53,462 nucleotides of DNA, taken from contig JAHHTM010000001.1 of NCBI GenBank assembly GCA_020024675.1, positions 1-53,462 on the forward strand. Reading direction: 5' to 3'. Each line of letters starts with the position of its first letter. Position 1 is the first letter of the stretch. Of this stretch, positions 27,119-39,142 are shown one piece after another. The notes under the pieces were generated by a model. It had not been told where the DNA came from, ran no database searches, and saw only the letters and a list, made by a program, of their open reading frames with translations. Made by a program: the position numbers and the translations under genes. Source of the stretch: Muricomes sp. (GTDB lineage Bacteria > Bacillota > Clostridia > Lachnospirales > Lachnospiraceae).

Positions 27119-30100
27119 ATGCCAACAAGTAATAATGAACAACAATACCAACCATTAACTTTTGATGCAATCAAAATCGGGCTGGCTTCACCGGAAAAGA
27201 TTTTAGAGTGGTCAAGAGGTGAGGTTACAAAACCTGAGACCATTAACTATAGAACTCTGAAACCTGAAAAGGATGGTCTTTTCTGCGAAAGAATTTTCGG
27301 ACCTAGCAAAGACTGGGAGTGTCATTGTGGTAAATACAAAAAGATCCGTTACAAAGGCGTGATCTGTGACAGATGTGGAGTTGAAGTAACAAAAGCATCT
27401 GTACGTCGTGAACGTATGGGACATATTGCATTAGCAGCTCCTGTATCTCATATCTGGTATTTTAAAGGCATTCCAAGTCGTATGGGACTGATCCTTGACA
27501 TTTCGCCAAGAACATTGGAAAGAGTACTTTATTTTGCTTCTTACATTGTTCTTGATAAAGGTGAGACAGACTTACAGTACAAGCAGATCCTTTCTGAAGC
27601 TGAATATCAGGAAGCAAAAGAAAAATGGGGTTATAAATCATTCCGTGTAGGAATGGGTGCTGAGGCTGTAAAAGAACTTCTTGAAGCAATCGATCTTGAA
27701 AAAGATTATGCAGAGCTTCAGGCAGAGCTTGAAAATGCAACAGGACAGAAACGTGCAAGAATCGTTAAACGTCTTGAAGTTGTAGAAGCGTTCCGTGAAT
27801 CAGGAAATAAACCAGAATGGATGATCCTTACAGCCATTCCGGTTATTCCACCGGATCTTCGTCCAATGGTTCAGCTTGATGGTGGACGTTTTGCAACATC
27901 TGACTTAAATGATCTTTACAGAAGAATTATTAACAGAAACAATCGTCTTCAAAGACTTCTTGAACTTGGTGCTCCGGACATTATTGTTCGAAATGAGAAA
28001 CGTATGCTTCAGGAAGCGGTTGACGCTCTTATCGATAATGGTCGTCGTGGCCGTCCGGTAACAGGACCAGGAAACAGACCTCTTAAGTCATTATCTGATA
28101 TGCTGAAAGGTAAATCAGGACGTTTCCGTCAGAACCTTCTTGGTAAACGTGTTGACTACTCTGGACGTTCCGTTATCGTTGTAGGACCAGAACTTAAGAT
28201 TTATCAGTGTGGTCTTCCAAAAGAAATGGCAATCGAGCTGTTCAAACCATTCGTTATGAAGGAACTTGTAGCAAATGGTACAGCACATAATATTAAAAAT
28301 GCAAAGAAAATGGTAGAAAGACTTCAGCCAGAAGTATGGGATGTTCTGGAAGAAGTTATCAAAGAGCATCCGGTTATGTTAAACCGTGCCCCTACACTTC
28401 ACAGACTTGGTATTCAGGCATTTGAGCCAATTCTTGTTGAAGGTAAGGCTATCAAACTTCATCCACTTGTATGTACTGCGTTCAACGCTGACTTTGATGG
28501 TGACCAGATGGCCGTTCATCTTCCACTTTCTGAAGAAGCTCAGGCTGAGTGCCGATTCCTTCTTCTTTCACCAAACAACCTTCTGAAACCTTCAGATGGT
28601 GGTCCGGTAGCTGTTCCTTCACAGGATATGGTCCTTGGTATCTACTATCTTACACAGGTAAGACCAGGTGCCAAAGGAGAGGGTATGTGCTTTAAGAGCT
28701 TAAATGAAGCACTTCTTGCTTATGAAAATGGATATGTGACACTTCATTCACAGGTAAAAGTACGTGTTCATAAGACAATGGCAGATGGTACTGTAAAACA
28801 GGGTACAATCGATACAACTGTAGGACGTCTTTTATTTAATGAGATCATTCCACAGGATCTTGGATTTGTAGACAGAAGTATTAAAGAAAATGAACTGAAG
28901 CTGGAAATTGATTTCCACGTAGGTAAGAAACAGTTAAAACAAATTCTTGAAAAAGTTATCAATACACATGGGGCTACACAGACAGCAGAAGTACTTGATA
29001 AAGTAAAAGCAATTGGTTACAAGTTCTCTACAAGAGCTGCTATGACAGTATCTATTTCAGATATGACTGTACCACCACAGAAACCTCAGATGATCGAAGA
29101 AGCTCAGAATACAGTTGACCAGATCACAAAGAATTACAAACGTGGTCTTATCACAGAAGAAGAACGTTACAAAGAAGTTGTTGAGACATGGAAAGCAACT
29201 GACGATAAGCTTACAGAAGCGCTTCTTACAGGACTTGACAAATACAACAATATCTTTATGATGGCTGATTCAGGAGCCCGTGGTTCTGACAAACAGATCA
29301 AACAGCTTGCAGGTATGCGTGGACTTATGGCTGATACAACAGGTCATACAATCGAACTTCCTATCAAGTCAAACTTCCGTGAAGGTCTTGATGTACTGGA
29401 ATACTTCATGTCCGCTCATGGTGCTCGTAAAGGTCTTTCCGATACAGCGCTTCGTACAGCCGATTCAGGATATCTTACAAGACGTCTTGTTGATGTATCT
29501 CAGGAACTGATTATCCACGATAGTGACTGCTGTGAAGAAGGAAAAGAGATTCCAGGAATGTATGTAAAAGCGTTCATGGATGGAAATGAAGAAATCGAAA
29601 GTCTTCAGGAACGTATCACAGGACGTTATTGTTGTGAAGACATCAAAGATAAAGATGGAAACATCATTGTTAAGGCAAACCATATGATCACTCCAAAACG
29701 TGCTGAGCAGGTTGTTAGATACGGAGTTGATGAGAATGGTAACCCAGTAGATAAAGTTAAGATCCGTACAATTCTTACATGTAAATGTAAAACTGGTGTT
29801 TGTGCGAAATGTTATGGTGCTAACATGGCAACAGGTGAAGCTGTTCAGGTTGGTGAAGCAGTTGGTATCATCGCAGCACAGTCTATCGGTGAACCAGGTA
29901 CACAGCTTACAATGCGTACATTCCATACTGGTGGTGTTGCCGGTGGAGATATCACACAGGGTCTTCCTCGTGTTGAGGAGCTTTTTGAGGCAAGAAAACC
30001 AAAAGGACTTGCTATTATCACAGAATTTGCCGGAACAGCAACAATCAGTGATACAAAGAAAAAACGTGAGATTATTGTTACAAATCACGAAACTGGTGAA

Positions 30101-30772
30101 TCAAAAGCATATCTTATTCCTTATGGATCACGTATCAAGATCCAGGACGGTGCTGTATTAGAAGCCGGAGACGAGCTTACAGAAGGTAGTGTAAATCCAC
30201 ATGATATTCTTAAGATCAAAGGTCTTCGTGCTGTTCAGGATTACATGATCCAGGAAGTACAGCGTGTATATCGTCTCCAGGGTGTTGAGATCAACGATAA
30301 ACATATTGAGGTTATCGTTCGTCAGATGCTTAAAAAGATTCGTATCGAAGAACGTGGAGATTCTGAGTTCCTTCCAGGAACAATGCAGGATGTTCTTGAG
30401 TTCAACGAAATCAATGAAAAACTTGAAGCAGAAGGAAAAGAGCCTGCAACAGGTGAGCAGATTATGCTTGGTATTACAAAAGCATCTCTTGCTACAGATT
30501 CATTCCTTTCAGCAGCTTCTTTCCAGGAAACAACAAAGGTTCTGACAGAAGCAGCAATCAAAGGTAAAGTTGACCACCTTGTAGGTCTTAAAGAAAATGT
30601 TATCATCGGTAAACATATTCCAGCCGGTACAGGTATGAAGAAATATCGTGAGGTAAGTCTGAATACAGATGTAATGGAAGAAGAGGAAGTAGTCGAAATC
30701 GACGAAACACAGGAAGTTTTATCAGATGATGTGACAGAAGTTTCAGAAGAAACAGTAATCACAGAAGAATAA
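27119..30772 (+). CDS. rpoC: DNA-directed RNA polymerase subunit beta'
   Basis: Zn-finger [20 protein letters not shown], active site NADFDGDQM and trigger-loop region. Confidence 0.97.
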   Translation: MPTSNNEQQYQPLTFDAIKIGLASPEKILEWSRGEVTKPETINYRTLKPEKDGLFCERIFGPSKDWECHCGKYKKIRYKGVICDRCGVEVTKASVRRERMGHIALAAPVSHIWYFKGIPSRMGLILDISPRTLERVLYFASYIVLDKGETDLQYKQILSEAEYQEAKEKWGYKSFRVGMGAEAVKELLEAIDLEKDYAELQAELENATGQKRARIVKRLEVVEAFRESGNKPEWMILTAIPVIPPDLRPMVQLDGGRFATSDLNDLYRRIINRNNRLQRLLELGAPDIIVRNEKRMLQEAVDALIDNGRRGRPVTGPGNRPLKSLSDMLKGKSGRFRQNLLGKRVDYSGRSVIVVGPELKIYQCGLPKEMAIELFKPFVMKELVANGTAHNIKNAKKMVERLQPEVWDVLEEVIKEHPVMLNRAPTLHRLGIQAFEPILVEGKAIKLHPLVCTAFNADFDGDQMAVHLPLSEEAQAECRFLLLSPNNLLKPSDGGPVAVPSQDMVLGIYYLTQVRPGAKGEGMCFKSLNEALLAYENGYVTLHSQVKVRVHKTMADGTVKQGTIDTTVGRLLFNEIIPQDLGFVDRSIKENELKLEIDFHVGKKQLKQILEKVINTHGATQTAEVLDKVKAIGYKFSTRAAMTVSISDMTVPPQKPQMIEEAQNTVDQITKNYKRGLITEEERYKEVVETWKATDDKLTEALLTGLDKYNNIFMMADSGARGSDKQIKQLAGMRGLMADTTGHTIELPIKSNFREGLDVLEYFMSAHGARKGLSDTALRTADSGYLTRRLVDVSQELIIHDSDCCEEGKEIPGMYVKAFMDGNEEIESLQERITGRYCCEDIKDKDGNIIVKANHMITPKRAEQVVRYGVDENGNPVDKVKIRTILTCKCKTGVCAKCYGANMATGEAVQVGEAVGIIAAQSIGEPGTQLTMRTFHTGGVAGGDITQGLPRVEELFEARKPKGLAIITEFAGTATISDTKKKREIIVTNHETGESKAYLIPYGSRIKIQDGAVLEAGDELTEGSVNPHDILKIKGLRAVQDYMIQEVQRVYRLQGVEINDKHIEVIVRQMLKKIRIEERGDSEFLPGTMQDVLEFNEINEKLEAEGKEPATGEQIMLGITKASLATDSFLSAASFQETTKVLTEAAIKGKVDHLVGLKENVIIGKHIPAGTGMKKYREVSLNTDVMEEEEVVEIDETQEVLSDDVTEVSEETVITEE

Positions 30773-30802
30773 AATTGTAAAAGAATAAAAGTTTATTTTA
30801 TC

Positions 30803-30861
30803 CCCGGTGGATAAGAAGTTTTGAAAAAACCTTAAAAAATTTCTTATCTTCCGGGTTTTTC
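30803..30861 (+). terminator. terminator after rpoC
   Basis: CCCGGTGGATAAGAA (30803-30817) pairs with TTCTTATCTTCCGGG (30841-30855) with a 2-nt mismatch, followed by TTTTT. Confidence 0.65.
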
Positions 30862-30874
30862 AATTGGAGAAAAT

Positions 30875-32224
30875 ATGGAGAAGAAAAATAATCAGTTGCA
30901 GACAAGACCGATTGGACAATTGTTACTATCAATGTCACTTCCAGTTATGCTTTCCATGCTCATACAAGCTTTATATAATATTGTTGACAGTATTTATGTA
31001 TCCAGACTTGGTACGGATGCGCTTACAGCAGTTTCATTGGCATACCCACTGCAGAATATCATTATCTCTGTTGCAGTAGGAACAAGTGTGGGGATGTCAT
31101 CAGTAATATCAATCTATCAGGGAGCTGGAAAACAGGAGAAAGCAAATCAGGCAGCGTCGACAGGTCTTGTACTTACAGGAATAAGTTATATTATTATTGC
31201 AATGGCAGGAATATTTGTAACAAGACCTTTTTTGCAGATGTTTACAAAGGATCCTGTTATTTTAAAAGAAGCATGTACCTATTCTTATATCGTAGTATGT
31301 ATTTCTTTTGGATGTCTATTTCAGATTGCTATGGAAAAAATATTTCAGGGAATAGGGGAGATGAAAGTTACAATGTATCTGATGATAGGGGGCTGTATTA
31401 TCAATATTATCCTTGATCCGATTCTTATCTTTGGTCTTTTTGGATTTCCCCAATTAGGAGTAACAGGAGCAGCTATCGCTACGGTGAGTGGACAAATCAG
31501 TGCTGCTATTATGTCATTTGTGGTTTATTTTCGCAAAAGTTACGCTATTTCTATCCATGTTAAATATTTTAAATGGGATAAAGAAATGATTCTTCAAATT
31601 TACAATGTGGGGCTTCCATCTATCATCATGATGCTTTTACCATCGGTGCTTGTCAGTGTATTAAACAGGGTACTTGCCAGTTTTTCCAGTGTACATATTG
31701 CAGTACTAGGAGTTTACTATAAACTACAGACATTTATTTATATGCCCGTAAATGGATTAATTCAGGGAATGAGACCGATTATTGGTTTTAATTACGGTGC
31801 AGGCGAGGATGAAAGAGTAAATAAAACAATACGTGATAGTCTTCTGATCACAGGAGTGATCATGTTGGCTGGAACATTAGTAGCGATGTGTATGCCGACG
31901 CAGATTTTTGAAATGTTTGATGCAGATGAACAGTTATTGAAGGCTGGTGTAATTGCACTTAGGATCATATGCACTGGATTTTTGTTTTCTACAATAGGTG
32001 TAATTTATACAGGTGTGTTTGAATCACTTGGACTTGGAAAGTATTCGCTAATAGTATCTCTTTTGCGACAATTTGTGATCACAATTCCGATGGCAGTAAT
32101 ATTTTCATTGGTTTTTGGAGTGAATGGAGTATGGATGGCCTTTCCAGTAGGAGAAGTTGTAGCCGCTTTTGTATCCGCTATTCTTCTGAAAAAATATGAA
32201 AGAGGAAAATATTCACCAATCTAA
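30875..32224 (+). CDS. MATE family efflux transporter
   Basis: 449 aa, 12 TM segments. N-terminal LLLSMSLPVMLSMLIQALYNIVDSIYVSRLG is typical of MATE/NorM-like proteins. Confidence 0.9.
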   Translation: MEKKNNQLQTRPIGQLLLSMSLPVMLSMLIQALYNIVDSIYVSRLGTDALTAVSLAYPLQNIIISVAVGTSVGMSSVISIYQGAGKQEKANQAASTGLVLTGISYIIIAMAGIFVTRPFLQMFTKDPVILKEACTYSYIVVCISFGCLFQIAMEKIFQGIGEMKVTMYLMIGGCIINIILDPILIFGLFGFPQLGVTGAAIATVSGQISAAIMSFVVYFRKSYAISIHVKYFKWDKEMILQIYNVGLPSIIMMLLPSVLVSVLNRVLASFSSVHIAVLGVYYKLQTFIYMPVNGLIQGMRPIIGFNYGAGEDERVNKTIRDSLLITGVIMLAGTLVAMCMPTQIFEMFDADEQLLKAGVIALRIICTGFLFSTIGVIYTGVFESLGLGKYSLIVSLLRQFVITIPMAVIFSLVFGVNGVWMAFPVGEVVAAFVSAILLKKYERGKYSPI

Positions 32225-32374
32225 AAAATATTAAGGCAGTCTGAAAAAGATTTATAAACAAGAAAATGACAAGTAAAAGTTTGAAAAATCAAGGAAAATA
32301 CATTGATAAATCTTTCAATATTTGTTAAGATTAAAGTTGCAAAAGAAAAATAGGTTTAGTTTTTGGAGGTTACT

Positions 32375-34357
32375 ATGGAGAAAGCATTGTATTTAGTTCC
32401 AATCATTGGAATCCTTACACTTTGTTTTGCATTTTATTTAGCAGTCAAAGTAAAAAAACAGGATGCTGGGAACGACAGAATGAAAGAGATTGCAGGAGCA
32501 ATCAGCGAAGGAGCAAAAGCATTTCTGACATCAGAGTATAAAATACTGGTCATTTTCGTGGTCGTACTTTTTGTCCTGATTGGAATAGGAACAGGAAATT
32601 GGACTACCGCAGTCTGTTTTATAGCTGGAGCTCTTTTTTCAACTCTGGCCGGATATTTTGGAATGAATGTTGCTACAAAAGCAAATGTCAGAACAGCAAA
32701 CGCAGCCAGAACAGGTGGCATGAATAAAGCGTTGTCAATTGCTTTTTCAGGCGGTGCAGTTATGGGGATGTGTGTAGCAGGACTTGGAGCATTAGGAGTC
32801 AGTCTTGTCTATCTTGTTACAAAGGATGTAAATATTTTATCCGGATTTAGTCTTGGAGCTTCATCTATAGCGTTATTCGCACGTGTAGGTGGAGGAATCT
32901 ATACAAAAGCAGCAGACGTCGGTGCGGATCTTGTTGGAAAAGTAGAAGCAGGCATCCCAGAAGATGATCCAAGGAATCCGGCAGTTATCGCAGACAATGT
33001 AGGGGATAATGTAGGTGATGTAGCTGGTATGGGGGCAGATCTTTTTGAATCTTATGTAGGATCACTTGTTTCTGCACTTACATTAGGAGCTTTAGCAGCA
33101 ACAGCGGCTGGAGTCGTATTCCCATTATTGATCGCAGCATGTGGACTTATCGCATCTATCGTCGGTACATTCTTTGTAAAAGGGGATGAAAAAGCAAGTC
33201 CTCAGAAGGCACTTACAAAAGGAAGTTATGCAGCATCAATCCTTGTTATTATAGCAGCAGTTGTATTAAGTAAATTATTGTTTGGAAATTTTAAAGCGGC
33301 TTTAGCGGTGATCACAGGATTGATCGTTGGTGTGATCATTGGAGCTGTAACAGAATATTATACTTCAGAAGACTATCGACCAGTTAAACGAATTGGCGTA
33401 CAATCTGAAACCGGGGCAGCTACAACAATTATTAGCGGTATCGCAGTTGGAATGCAGTCTACAGCAATTCCGCTTCTTTTAATCTGTGCAGGTGTATTTA
33501 TCTCGTATAGAGTCAGTGGACTTTACGGAATCGCACTGGCAGCTGTCGGAATGCTTTCGACAACAGGCATTACAGTTGCAGTAGACGCATATGGTCCAAT
33601 TGCAGATAATGCAGGTGGTATTGCAGAAATGTCAGGATTAGACGAATCTGTCCGTGAAATCACAGACAAGCTTGACGCAGTTGGAAATACAACGGCTGCA
33701 ATGGGAAAAGGATTTGCAATAGGTTCTGCTGCGCTTACATCACTGGCACTTTTTGTTTCCTACGCGGAAGCAGCAAAGATGACAGCAATCAATATTCTTG
33801 ATTATCGTGTTATCATAGGAATGTTTATTGGTGGAATGCTTACATTTTTATTCTCTTCACTTACAATGGATTCTGTTTCAAAAGCAGCATATAAGATGAT
33901 TGAGGAAGTTCGAAGACAGTTTAAAGAAAAACCAGGCATCATGGAAGGAACAGAAAAACCGGATTATACATCATGTGTATCAATTTCTACACAGGCTGCA
34001 TTACACGAAATGCTTATACCTGGTGTTATGGCTGTTGTAGTACCTGTTATTGTTGGAATTGTTTTAGGAGCAGAATCTTTAGGAGGTCTTCTTGCAGGTG
34101 CATTAGTAACTGGTGTTCTTATGGCTATATTTATGTCGAATGCCGGTGGCGCATGGGATAATGCGAAAAAGTACATTGAAGGCGGAGCACACGGCGGAAA
34201 GGGCAGCGAAGCACATAAGGCGGCTGTTGTTGGTGATACAGTAGGAGATCCTTTCAAAGATACATCAGGACCATCTATCAATATTCTGATCAAACTGATG
34301 ACAATTGTATCACTTGTATTTGCTCCGTTATTCCTTCAGATTGGTGGAATTTTATAA
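32375..34357 (+). CDS. hppA: membrane-integral (K+-dependent type) cation-pumping pyrophosphatase
   Basis: [28 protein letters not shown] and [13 protein letters not shown] (Ala/Gly at the K+-dependence signature). GGAGG RBS before ATG 32375. Confidence 0.92.
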   Translation: MEKALYLVPIIGILTLCFAFYLAVKVKKQDAGNDRMKEIAGAISEGAKAFLTSEYKILVIFVVVLFVLIGIGTGNWTTAVCFIAGALFSTLAGYFGMNVATKANVRTANAARTGGMNKALSIAFSGGAVMGMCVAGLGALGVSLVYLVTKDVNILSGFSLGASSIALFARVGGGIYTKAADVGADLVGKVEAGIPEDDPRNPAVIADNVGDNVGDVAGMGADLFESYVGSLVSALTLGALAATAAGVVFPLLIAACGLIASIVGTFFVKGDEKASPQKALTKGSYAASILVIIAAVVLSKLLFGNFKAALAVITGLIVGVIIGAVTEYYTSEDYRPVKRIGVQSETGAATTIISGIAVGMQSTAIPLLLICAGVFISYRVSGLYGIALAAVGMLSTTGITVAVDAYGPIADNAGGIAEMSGLDESVREITDKLDAVGNTTAAMGKGFAIGSAALTSLALFVSYAEAAKMTAINILDYRVIIGMFIGGMLTFLFSSLTMDSVSKAAYKMIEEVRRQFKEKPGIMEGTEKPDYTSCVSISTQAALHEMLIPGVMAVVVPVIVGIVLGAESLGGLLAGALVTGVLMAIFMSNAGGAWDNAKKYIEGGAHGGKGSEAHKAAVVGDTVGDPFKDTSGPSINILIKLMTIVSLVFAPLFLQIGGIL

Positions 34358-34372
34358 GAATATTTACATAAT

Positions 34373-34398
34373 AAAAAAAGCCCTTAAGGGCTTTTTTT
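34373..34398. terminator. bidirectional terminator between hppA (+) and prs (-)
   Basis: AAAAAAAGCCC-TTAA-GGGCTTTTTTT, a perfect palindrome. Confidence 0.8.
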
Positions 34399-34413
34399 AT
34401 TATGTAAAGAAGA

Positions 34414-35598
34414 TTAAATCTCTTCCCCGTTTTTGTATTTTTGAAGTACATGCTGGATTCTTTCATTTGGATTTAATAATGTACTGATAGAACCATCATG
34501 ATTTAATGTGTCAATGAGAAGTGCGATGTATTTACTCATATCGCAGTTGATATAATATGGTTTGGAAAGAAGATTTGGAGTCTGGTAAATAAGGTTTGTT
34601 GAAAGAATACCAGTAAGGAGTCCTTCTTCGTAAGCTTTATCAAAAATTTCCATACCATTTGTAAATAATCCAAATGTAGCAGCAGCAAAGATACGGTTTG
34701 CTTTTCTTTTCTTTAACTGTCTTGCAACATCAAGGATACTGTCTCCTGATGAGATCATATCATCGATGATGATAACATCTTTTCCTTCGACTGAACTTCC
34801 AAGAAATTCGTGTGCAACGATAGGGTTACGACCATTAACGATCGTTGTATAATCACGACGTTTATAGAACATACCCATATCAAGTCCAAGAACGTTGGCA
34901 AGGTAAATTGCACGATGTGTAGCACCTTCATCTGGACTGATGACCATCATGTGATCGCTGTCGATTGTAAGGTCTTTGTATTTGCGTAAAAGTCCTTTTA
35001 CAAACTGATAAACTGGTGTAACTGTCTCAAATCCACTAAGTGGAATCGCATTCTGAACACGAGCATCGTGTGCATCAAATGTAATGATATTGTCAACACC
35101 CATACGTACAAGTTCCTGAAGTGCAAGTGCACAGTCAAGAGATTCTCTTCCGCTACGTTTGTGCTGACGGCTTTCATAAAGGAAAGGCATAATAACATTG
35201 ATACGACGTGCTTTTCCGCCTACAGCAGCAATGATACGTTTGAGGTTCTGAAAATGATCGTCTGGCGACATGTGATTTGTATGTCCAGATAATGTATAAG
35301 TTTTATTGTAATTAAGAACATCTATAAGAAGATAAAGATCCTTTCCGCGGACAGATTCTTCAACAATACCTTTTGCTTCACCAGAACCAAATCTAGGAAC
35401 TTTTGTGTCAATGATATAAGTATCTTTTTCATAACCCTCAAAAGCAACATCATCTTTATATTCAAGAGCACTTTCTTTACGCCACTTTACAAGATAATTG
35501 TTTACTTTCTGCCCAAGTTCTTCGCTTCCCCATATTGGAATGAGTCCTAAAGAACCAACAGGAATACTTTCTAAAGTTCTTTCTGATCTATGTAACAT
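34414..35598 (-). CDS. prs: ribose-phosphate pyrophosphokinase, long (394 aa) form
   Basis: SGEAKG / ESRQHKR flexible-loop region, FDAHD and the PRPP loop VIIIDDMISSGDS. About 75 aa longer than the classical Prs. Confidence 0.8.
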   Translation of the reverse strand: MLHRSERTLESIPVGSLGLIPIWGSEELGQKVNNYLVKWRKESALEYKDDVAFEGYEKDTYIIDTKVPRFGSGEAKGIVEESVRGKDLYLLIDVLNYNKTYTLSGHTNHMSPDDHFQNLKRIIAAVGGKARRINVIMPFLYESRQHKRSGRESLDCALALQELVRMGVDNIITFDAHDARVQNAIPLSGFETVTPVYQFVKGLLRKYKDLTIDSDHMMVISPDEGATHRAIYLANVLGLDMGMFYKRRDYTTIVNGRNPIVAHEFLGSSVEGKDVIIIDDMISSGDSILDVARQLKKRKANRIFAAATFGLFTNGMEIFDKAYEEGLLTGILSTNLIYQTPNLLSKPYYINCDMSKYIALLIDTLNHDGSISTLLNPNERIQHVLQKYKNGEEI

Positions 35599-35673
35599 TT
35601 TTATCCTCCTAAAACTAATATATGTATTATGACAAGATCCCTAGCTTATTATACTGGGTTTCCAAGAGAAAAT

Positions 35674-36663
35674 CTATACTTTTTTTAATTTCATTGCCAG
35701 TCTTATATCATCTCCAAATAAACGGATCATAGTGTAGTTACTTGTAATTCTTGAAAATGACCGTTCAGTATATAAATCGGCTAGAGAATCTAATGATAAA
35801 TTTGTAGAAATTATCGTAGAACGCTTAGAAAGAAGGCGTTCGTTTATACAGGTAAAGAATTGAGAGGCAACGAATTTATTTGTGTATTCTGTGCCCAGAT
35901 CATCAATGATCAGTAAATCACAAGTGTGGATAAGATCAAATATGTTTTGGGCATCCGTATCATCTTTTCCAAAAGCCTTATCAGCAAGAGCAGAGAAGAA
36001 ACCGGAAGCAGACATATACAAAACAGAAAAACCACGATCAATCAATTCTTTAGCAATACAGTTGGTAAGAAATGTTTTTCCAACACCAACATCTCCCAGA
36101 AGAAAAAGATTCTGAAATTCCTTATCAAAATTTTTGATAAAATTCATTGCTGTGTCATATGCAGCCTTGGCAGATTCTCTTGCGGAACGGCCAGATTTTG
36201 GATCAATATAATTAGAAGAATAAAGATCAAGAGAATAATGTTCAAAATTTTCTGCTTCTAGAATACCTTTAAGGTTAGATTGTTCATAAAGAAGATTAAT
36301 AATAGCTTGTTTAAAACAGTGGCATTTTTCATTTCCAACATAGCCAGTGTCATGACAATCTTTGCAAACATATACAGGGTCAAGGTAATCAGAAGGAAAT
36401 CCTGCTGACTTTAGAAGTTCTTCTTTGCGAACCCGTATTTCTTCTAATTTTTTCTTTAATTCGTCAACTGCAGTTTTATCTCCGTCTAAGAGTCTCTTTC
36501 CATGTTCAACAGACAAAGAAGAGATGGATTCGTCAAGAAGTCGATATTCTGGAATAGTGTCATAGACTTTTTTATGATGCATTTTCAAGATATCGTGATT
36601 TCGCATCTGACGTTTTTCATATTCGCGCATGATGGCCTGATATTGTGCTGTTTTTAATCCCAC
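35674..36663 (-). CDS. dnaI: DnaI/DnaC-type helicase loader ATPase
   Basis: N-terminal zinc-binding CKDCHDTGYVGNEKCHC, Walker A GDVGVGKTF and Walker B LLIIDDLG. GTG start after AAAGGAGA. Confidence 0.8.
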   Translation of the reverse strand: MGLKTAQYQAIMREYEKRQMRNHDILKMHHKKVYDTIPEYRLLDESISSLSVEHGKRLLDGDKTAVDELKKKLEEIRVRKEELLKSAGFPSDYLDPVYVCKDCHDTGYVGNEKCHCFKQAIINLLYEQSNLKGILEAENFEHYSLDLYSSNYIDPKSGRSARESAKAAYDTAMNFIKNFDKEFQNLFLLGDVGVGKTFLTNCIAKELIDRGFSVLYMSASGFFSALADKAFGKDDTDAQNIFDLIHTCDLLIIDDLGTEYTNKFVASQFFTCINERLLSKRSTIISTNLSLDSLADLYTERSFSRITSNYTMIRLFGDDIRLAMKLKKV

Positions 36664-36677
36664 AGGTAATCTCCTTT

Positions 36678-37715
36678 CTATTTACGATTTAAAAGTTGTT
36701 TTTCCAAGGCATCCATATCGTAGGACCGACGCTTGAAATTGTTGTGATCCACAGTAGATGGTTTTGGAACAGAATTTGTAGAAACAGGTGTAGTTTTTTG
36801 CTTTTTTTGATGAGCCTCATCTAGCGCGTTGATATCTTTTAGATGGTGCACCTGTTCATTATGCCAGTTTGTAAGAATTGTATCTGTATATTCAAAGCTT
36901 GGCTGGTGTGTGGCTGCAATCGTTCGATTGCAGGCTTCTACAATAATATCTAAAGAAAATCCCCATTCTTCGGTCCATTTTTTGATGAAGGCCAGTTCTG
37001 TTGTGGCAGGTCCTCTATTTTGAATTCCAAAAGTTTTTAAAACAGTATAACAGTTTTTGTGGTAGATGGAAGATTGCTTTCGAGCCTGTTCTTTTGTTGT
37101 AATCCCACTTTCTGACCAGGATATAGCAACTTTTTGAATATAATGCATGCTTTTGTGTCCTGCTTCTACACAAGATTCTATTAAATATTCAATCAGATCT
37201 GCTGACATGTTAAGTTGTTCATAAAAATAAGTAATAGATTCAATGTCAGAAAGTGTCAGTGTTTTATTAAGATATTGTTCTGCGATAAAAAGAAGTGATT
37301 TCAATTCTTTTGCAGGTCTCGAAGTAGGCGTATGTCTCTTAGGTGTCGGTTTTGAGTCAGAAACCGAGGAGATTTTTTCTTGTTTTGAGGAGCCAACTGG
37401 TGTAGAGGGTGCGACTTTCAGATAAGGGGTAAGTTCTATTGACTGAATAGAACCTGTATTATTTTTGACAAGCGCTAAAAGTCCTTCAGATTCCCAGTAT
37501 CTGAAGGCACGTAAAATATCGTTTTCTGTATTGTTCAGGCAGTCCGCAATGTTTGAAACAGTCATATTAAAGCCTACATCATTCTGATGCCTGAGCAAGA
37601 ACAGATAGACTTTGACAAATTCCCCATTTGCCTGAACCATATGATGATCTATAAAATCATTCGTGATCAAAGTAGTGTCAGCATGAAAAGTGCTTGTAAT
37701 TTTTAAAGTATTCAT
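36678..37715 (-). CDS. DnaD-domain replication initiation protein (B. subtilis DnaB/DnaD-like)
   Basis: N-terminal winged-helix-like region, Ser/Pro/Thr-rich linker and two DnaD-like (DDBH2) repeats (YIQKVAISWSESGITT, YTDTILTNWHNEQV). Located directly upstream of the loader gene. Confidence 0.75.
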   Translation of the reverse strand: MNTLKITSTFHADTTLITNDFIDHHMVQANGEFVKVYLFLLRHQNDVGFNMTVSNIADCLNNTENDILRAFRYWESEGLLALVKNNTGSIQSIELTPYLKVAPSTPVGSSKQEKISSVSDSKPTPKRHTPTSRPAKELKSLLFIAEQYLNKTLTLSDIESITYFYEQLNMSADLIEYLIESCVEAGHKSMHYIQKVAISWSESGITTKEQARKQSSIYHKNCYTVLKTFGIQNRGPATTELAFIKKWTEEWGFSLDIIVEACNRTIAATHQPSFEYTDTILTNWHNEQVHHLKDINALDEAHQKKQKTTPVSTNSVPKPSTVDHNNFKRRSYDMDALEKQLLNRK

Positions 37716-37765
37716 ATCGTTCTCCGTAGCTGTAAATAAAAAATATCATCGACAGAAAGGTATGA

Positions 37766-39142
37766 TTATTTTAGAAGATCTTCTCCAATGTTAACAACAT
37801 CTCCAGCACCCATGGTGATCAGAAGATCACCTGAAGTACAGTGATCTTTTAAGAAGGATTCTATTGAAGCAAAATCAGGAAGATAGTAAGAATCGGTTCC
37901 CAGATTTGAAATTTCTTCTGCCAATCCTTTGGAAGTCATACCCAAAGTATCTGTTTCACGAGCTGCATATATATCTGCAAGCACTACATGATCTGCGTGA
38001 GAAAGCGCTTCTGCAAACTCATGAAAAAATGCTTTAGTACGTGTATAAGTATGCGGCTGGAAAACACACCACAAATCTTTGTGAGGGTAATGCTTTGCTG
38101 CTTTTAAGGTTGCTTTGATTTCTGTTGGATGGTGTGCGTAATCATCAACAATTGTTACACCATTTAATTCTCCTTTGTATTCAAAACGACGGTCAGTACC
38201 AGTAAAAGATAAAAGTCCATGTTTGATCGTATCCATAGGGATGTCTAAAAGTTCTGAAACTGCTACAGAAGCCAGAGCATTTGAAACATTGTGGTCGCCT
38301 GTAACAGAAAGAGAAATTCGATCACAAAATGTACCATGCTTCACAAGATCAAAGGATACCAGCCCTTTATCATCGTAAGAAATATTCTGAGCACTATAAT
38401 CGGCTGAAGCAGAAGAACCATAAGTGATGACATTACAGGACAGTCCTTGGAAAATTTCTTCATAATTATGAATATCGGCATTTATGATCAAAGTACCATC
38501 TTCTGGGAGAAGAGAAGCAAACTGATGGAAAGAATGACGGATATCTTCTATATCTTTGAAGAAATCAAGGTGATCTTCCTCAATATTAAGAATTACACTT
38601 ATTTTAGGGAAAAAGGAAAGAAAACTGTTTGTATATTCACAGGCTTCTGTGATAAAAGTCTCCGAATTTCCTACGCGGATATTTCCACCAATGGCTTTTA
38701 AAATACCACCTACAGAGATTGTTGGGTCAAGATTTCCCTCAAGAAGAACATGAGAGATCATAGAAGTAGTCGTTGTCTTTCCGTGTGTACCAGAAATAGC
38801 AATGGCATTATCATAGTTTTTCATAATCTGTCCTAAAAGTTCTGCGCGTGTAAGCATTGGAATTTTTTGGGCAACAGCTTCCATTAATTCTGCATTTGTG
38901 CGATTGATAGCGGCAGTATAGATAACACAATCGATATCATTTGTAATATTGTCAGATTTCTGACCGTAAAAAATTTTGGCACCATTTGCTTCAAGATGTT
39001 CGGTAAGCGGTGTTTTTTTAGAATCAGATCCAGAGACTGTAAAACCTTCTTCTATAAGAATTTCTGCAAGTCCACTCATACTGATACCACCGATACCAAT
39101 AAAATGAATATGAATTGGGTGATTAAAATTTATTTTATACAT
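37766..39142 (-). CDS. murC: UDP-N-acetylmuramate--L-alanine ligase
   Basis: IHFIGIGGISMSGLAEIL, ISGTHGKTTTTSM and DDYAHHPTEI. Confidence 0.95.
   Translation of the reverse strand: MYKINFNHPIHIHFIGIGGISMSGLAEILIEEGFTVSGSDSKKTPLTEHLEANGAKIFYGQKSDNITNDIDCVIYTAAINRTNAELMEAVAQKIPMLTRAELLGQIMKNYDNAIAISGTHGKTTTTSMISHVLLEGNLDPTISVGGILKAIGGNIRVGNSETFITEACEYTNSFLSFFPKISVILNIEEDHLDFFKDIEDIRHSFHQFASLLPEDGTLIINADIHNYEEIFQGLSCNVITYGSSASADYSAQNISYDDKGLVSFDLVKHGTFCDRISLSVTGDHNVSNALASVAVSELLDIPMDTIKHGLLSFTGTDRRFEYKGELNGVTIVDDYAHHPTEIKATLKAAKHYPHKDLWCVFQPHTYTRTKAFFHEFAEALSHADHVVLADIYAARETDTLGMTSKGLAEEISNLGTDSYYLPDFASIESFLKDHCTSGDLLITMGAGDVVNIGEDLLK

Noticed and set aside
29465-30762. 207-aa and 146-aa minus-strand ORFs inside rpoC; similar cases at 22395-22826, 41656-42099 and 45109-45570
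   Set aside because: All are antisense to well-supported genes (rpoC, M20 peptidase, spoVG, telA-like). They have skewed Cys/Ser/Phe composition and no RBS.
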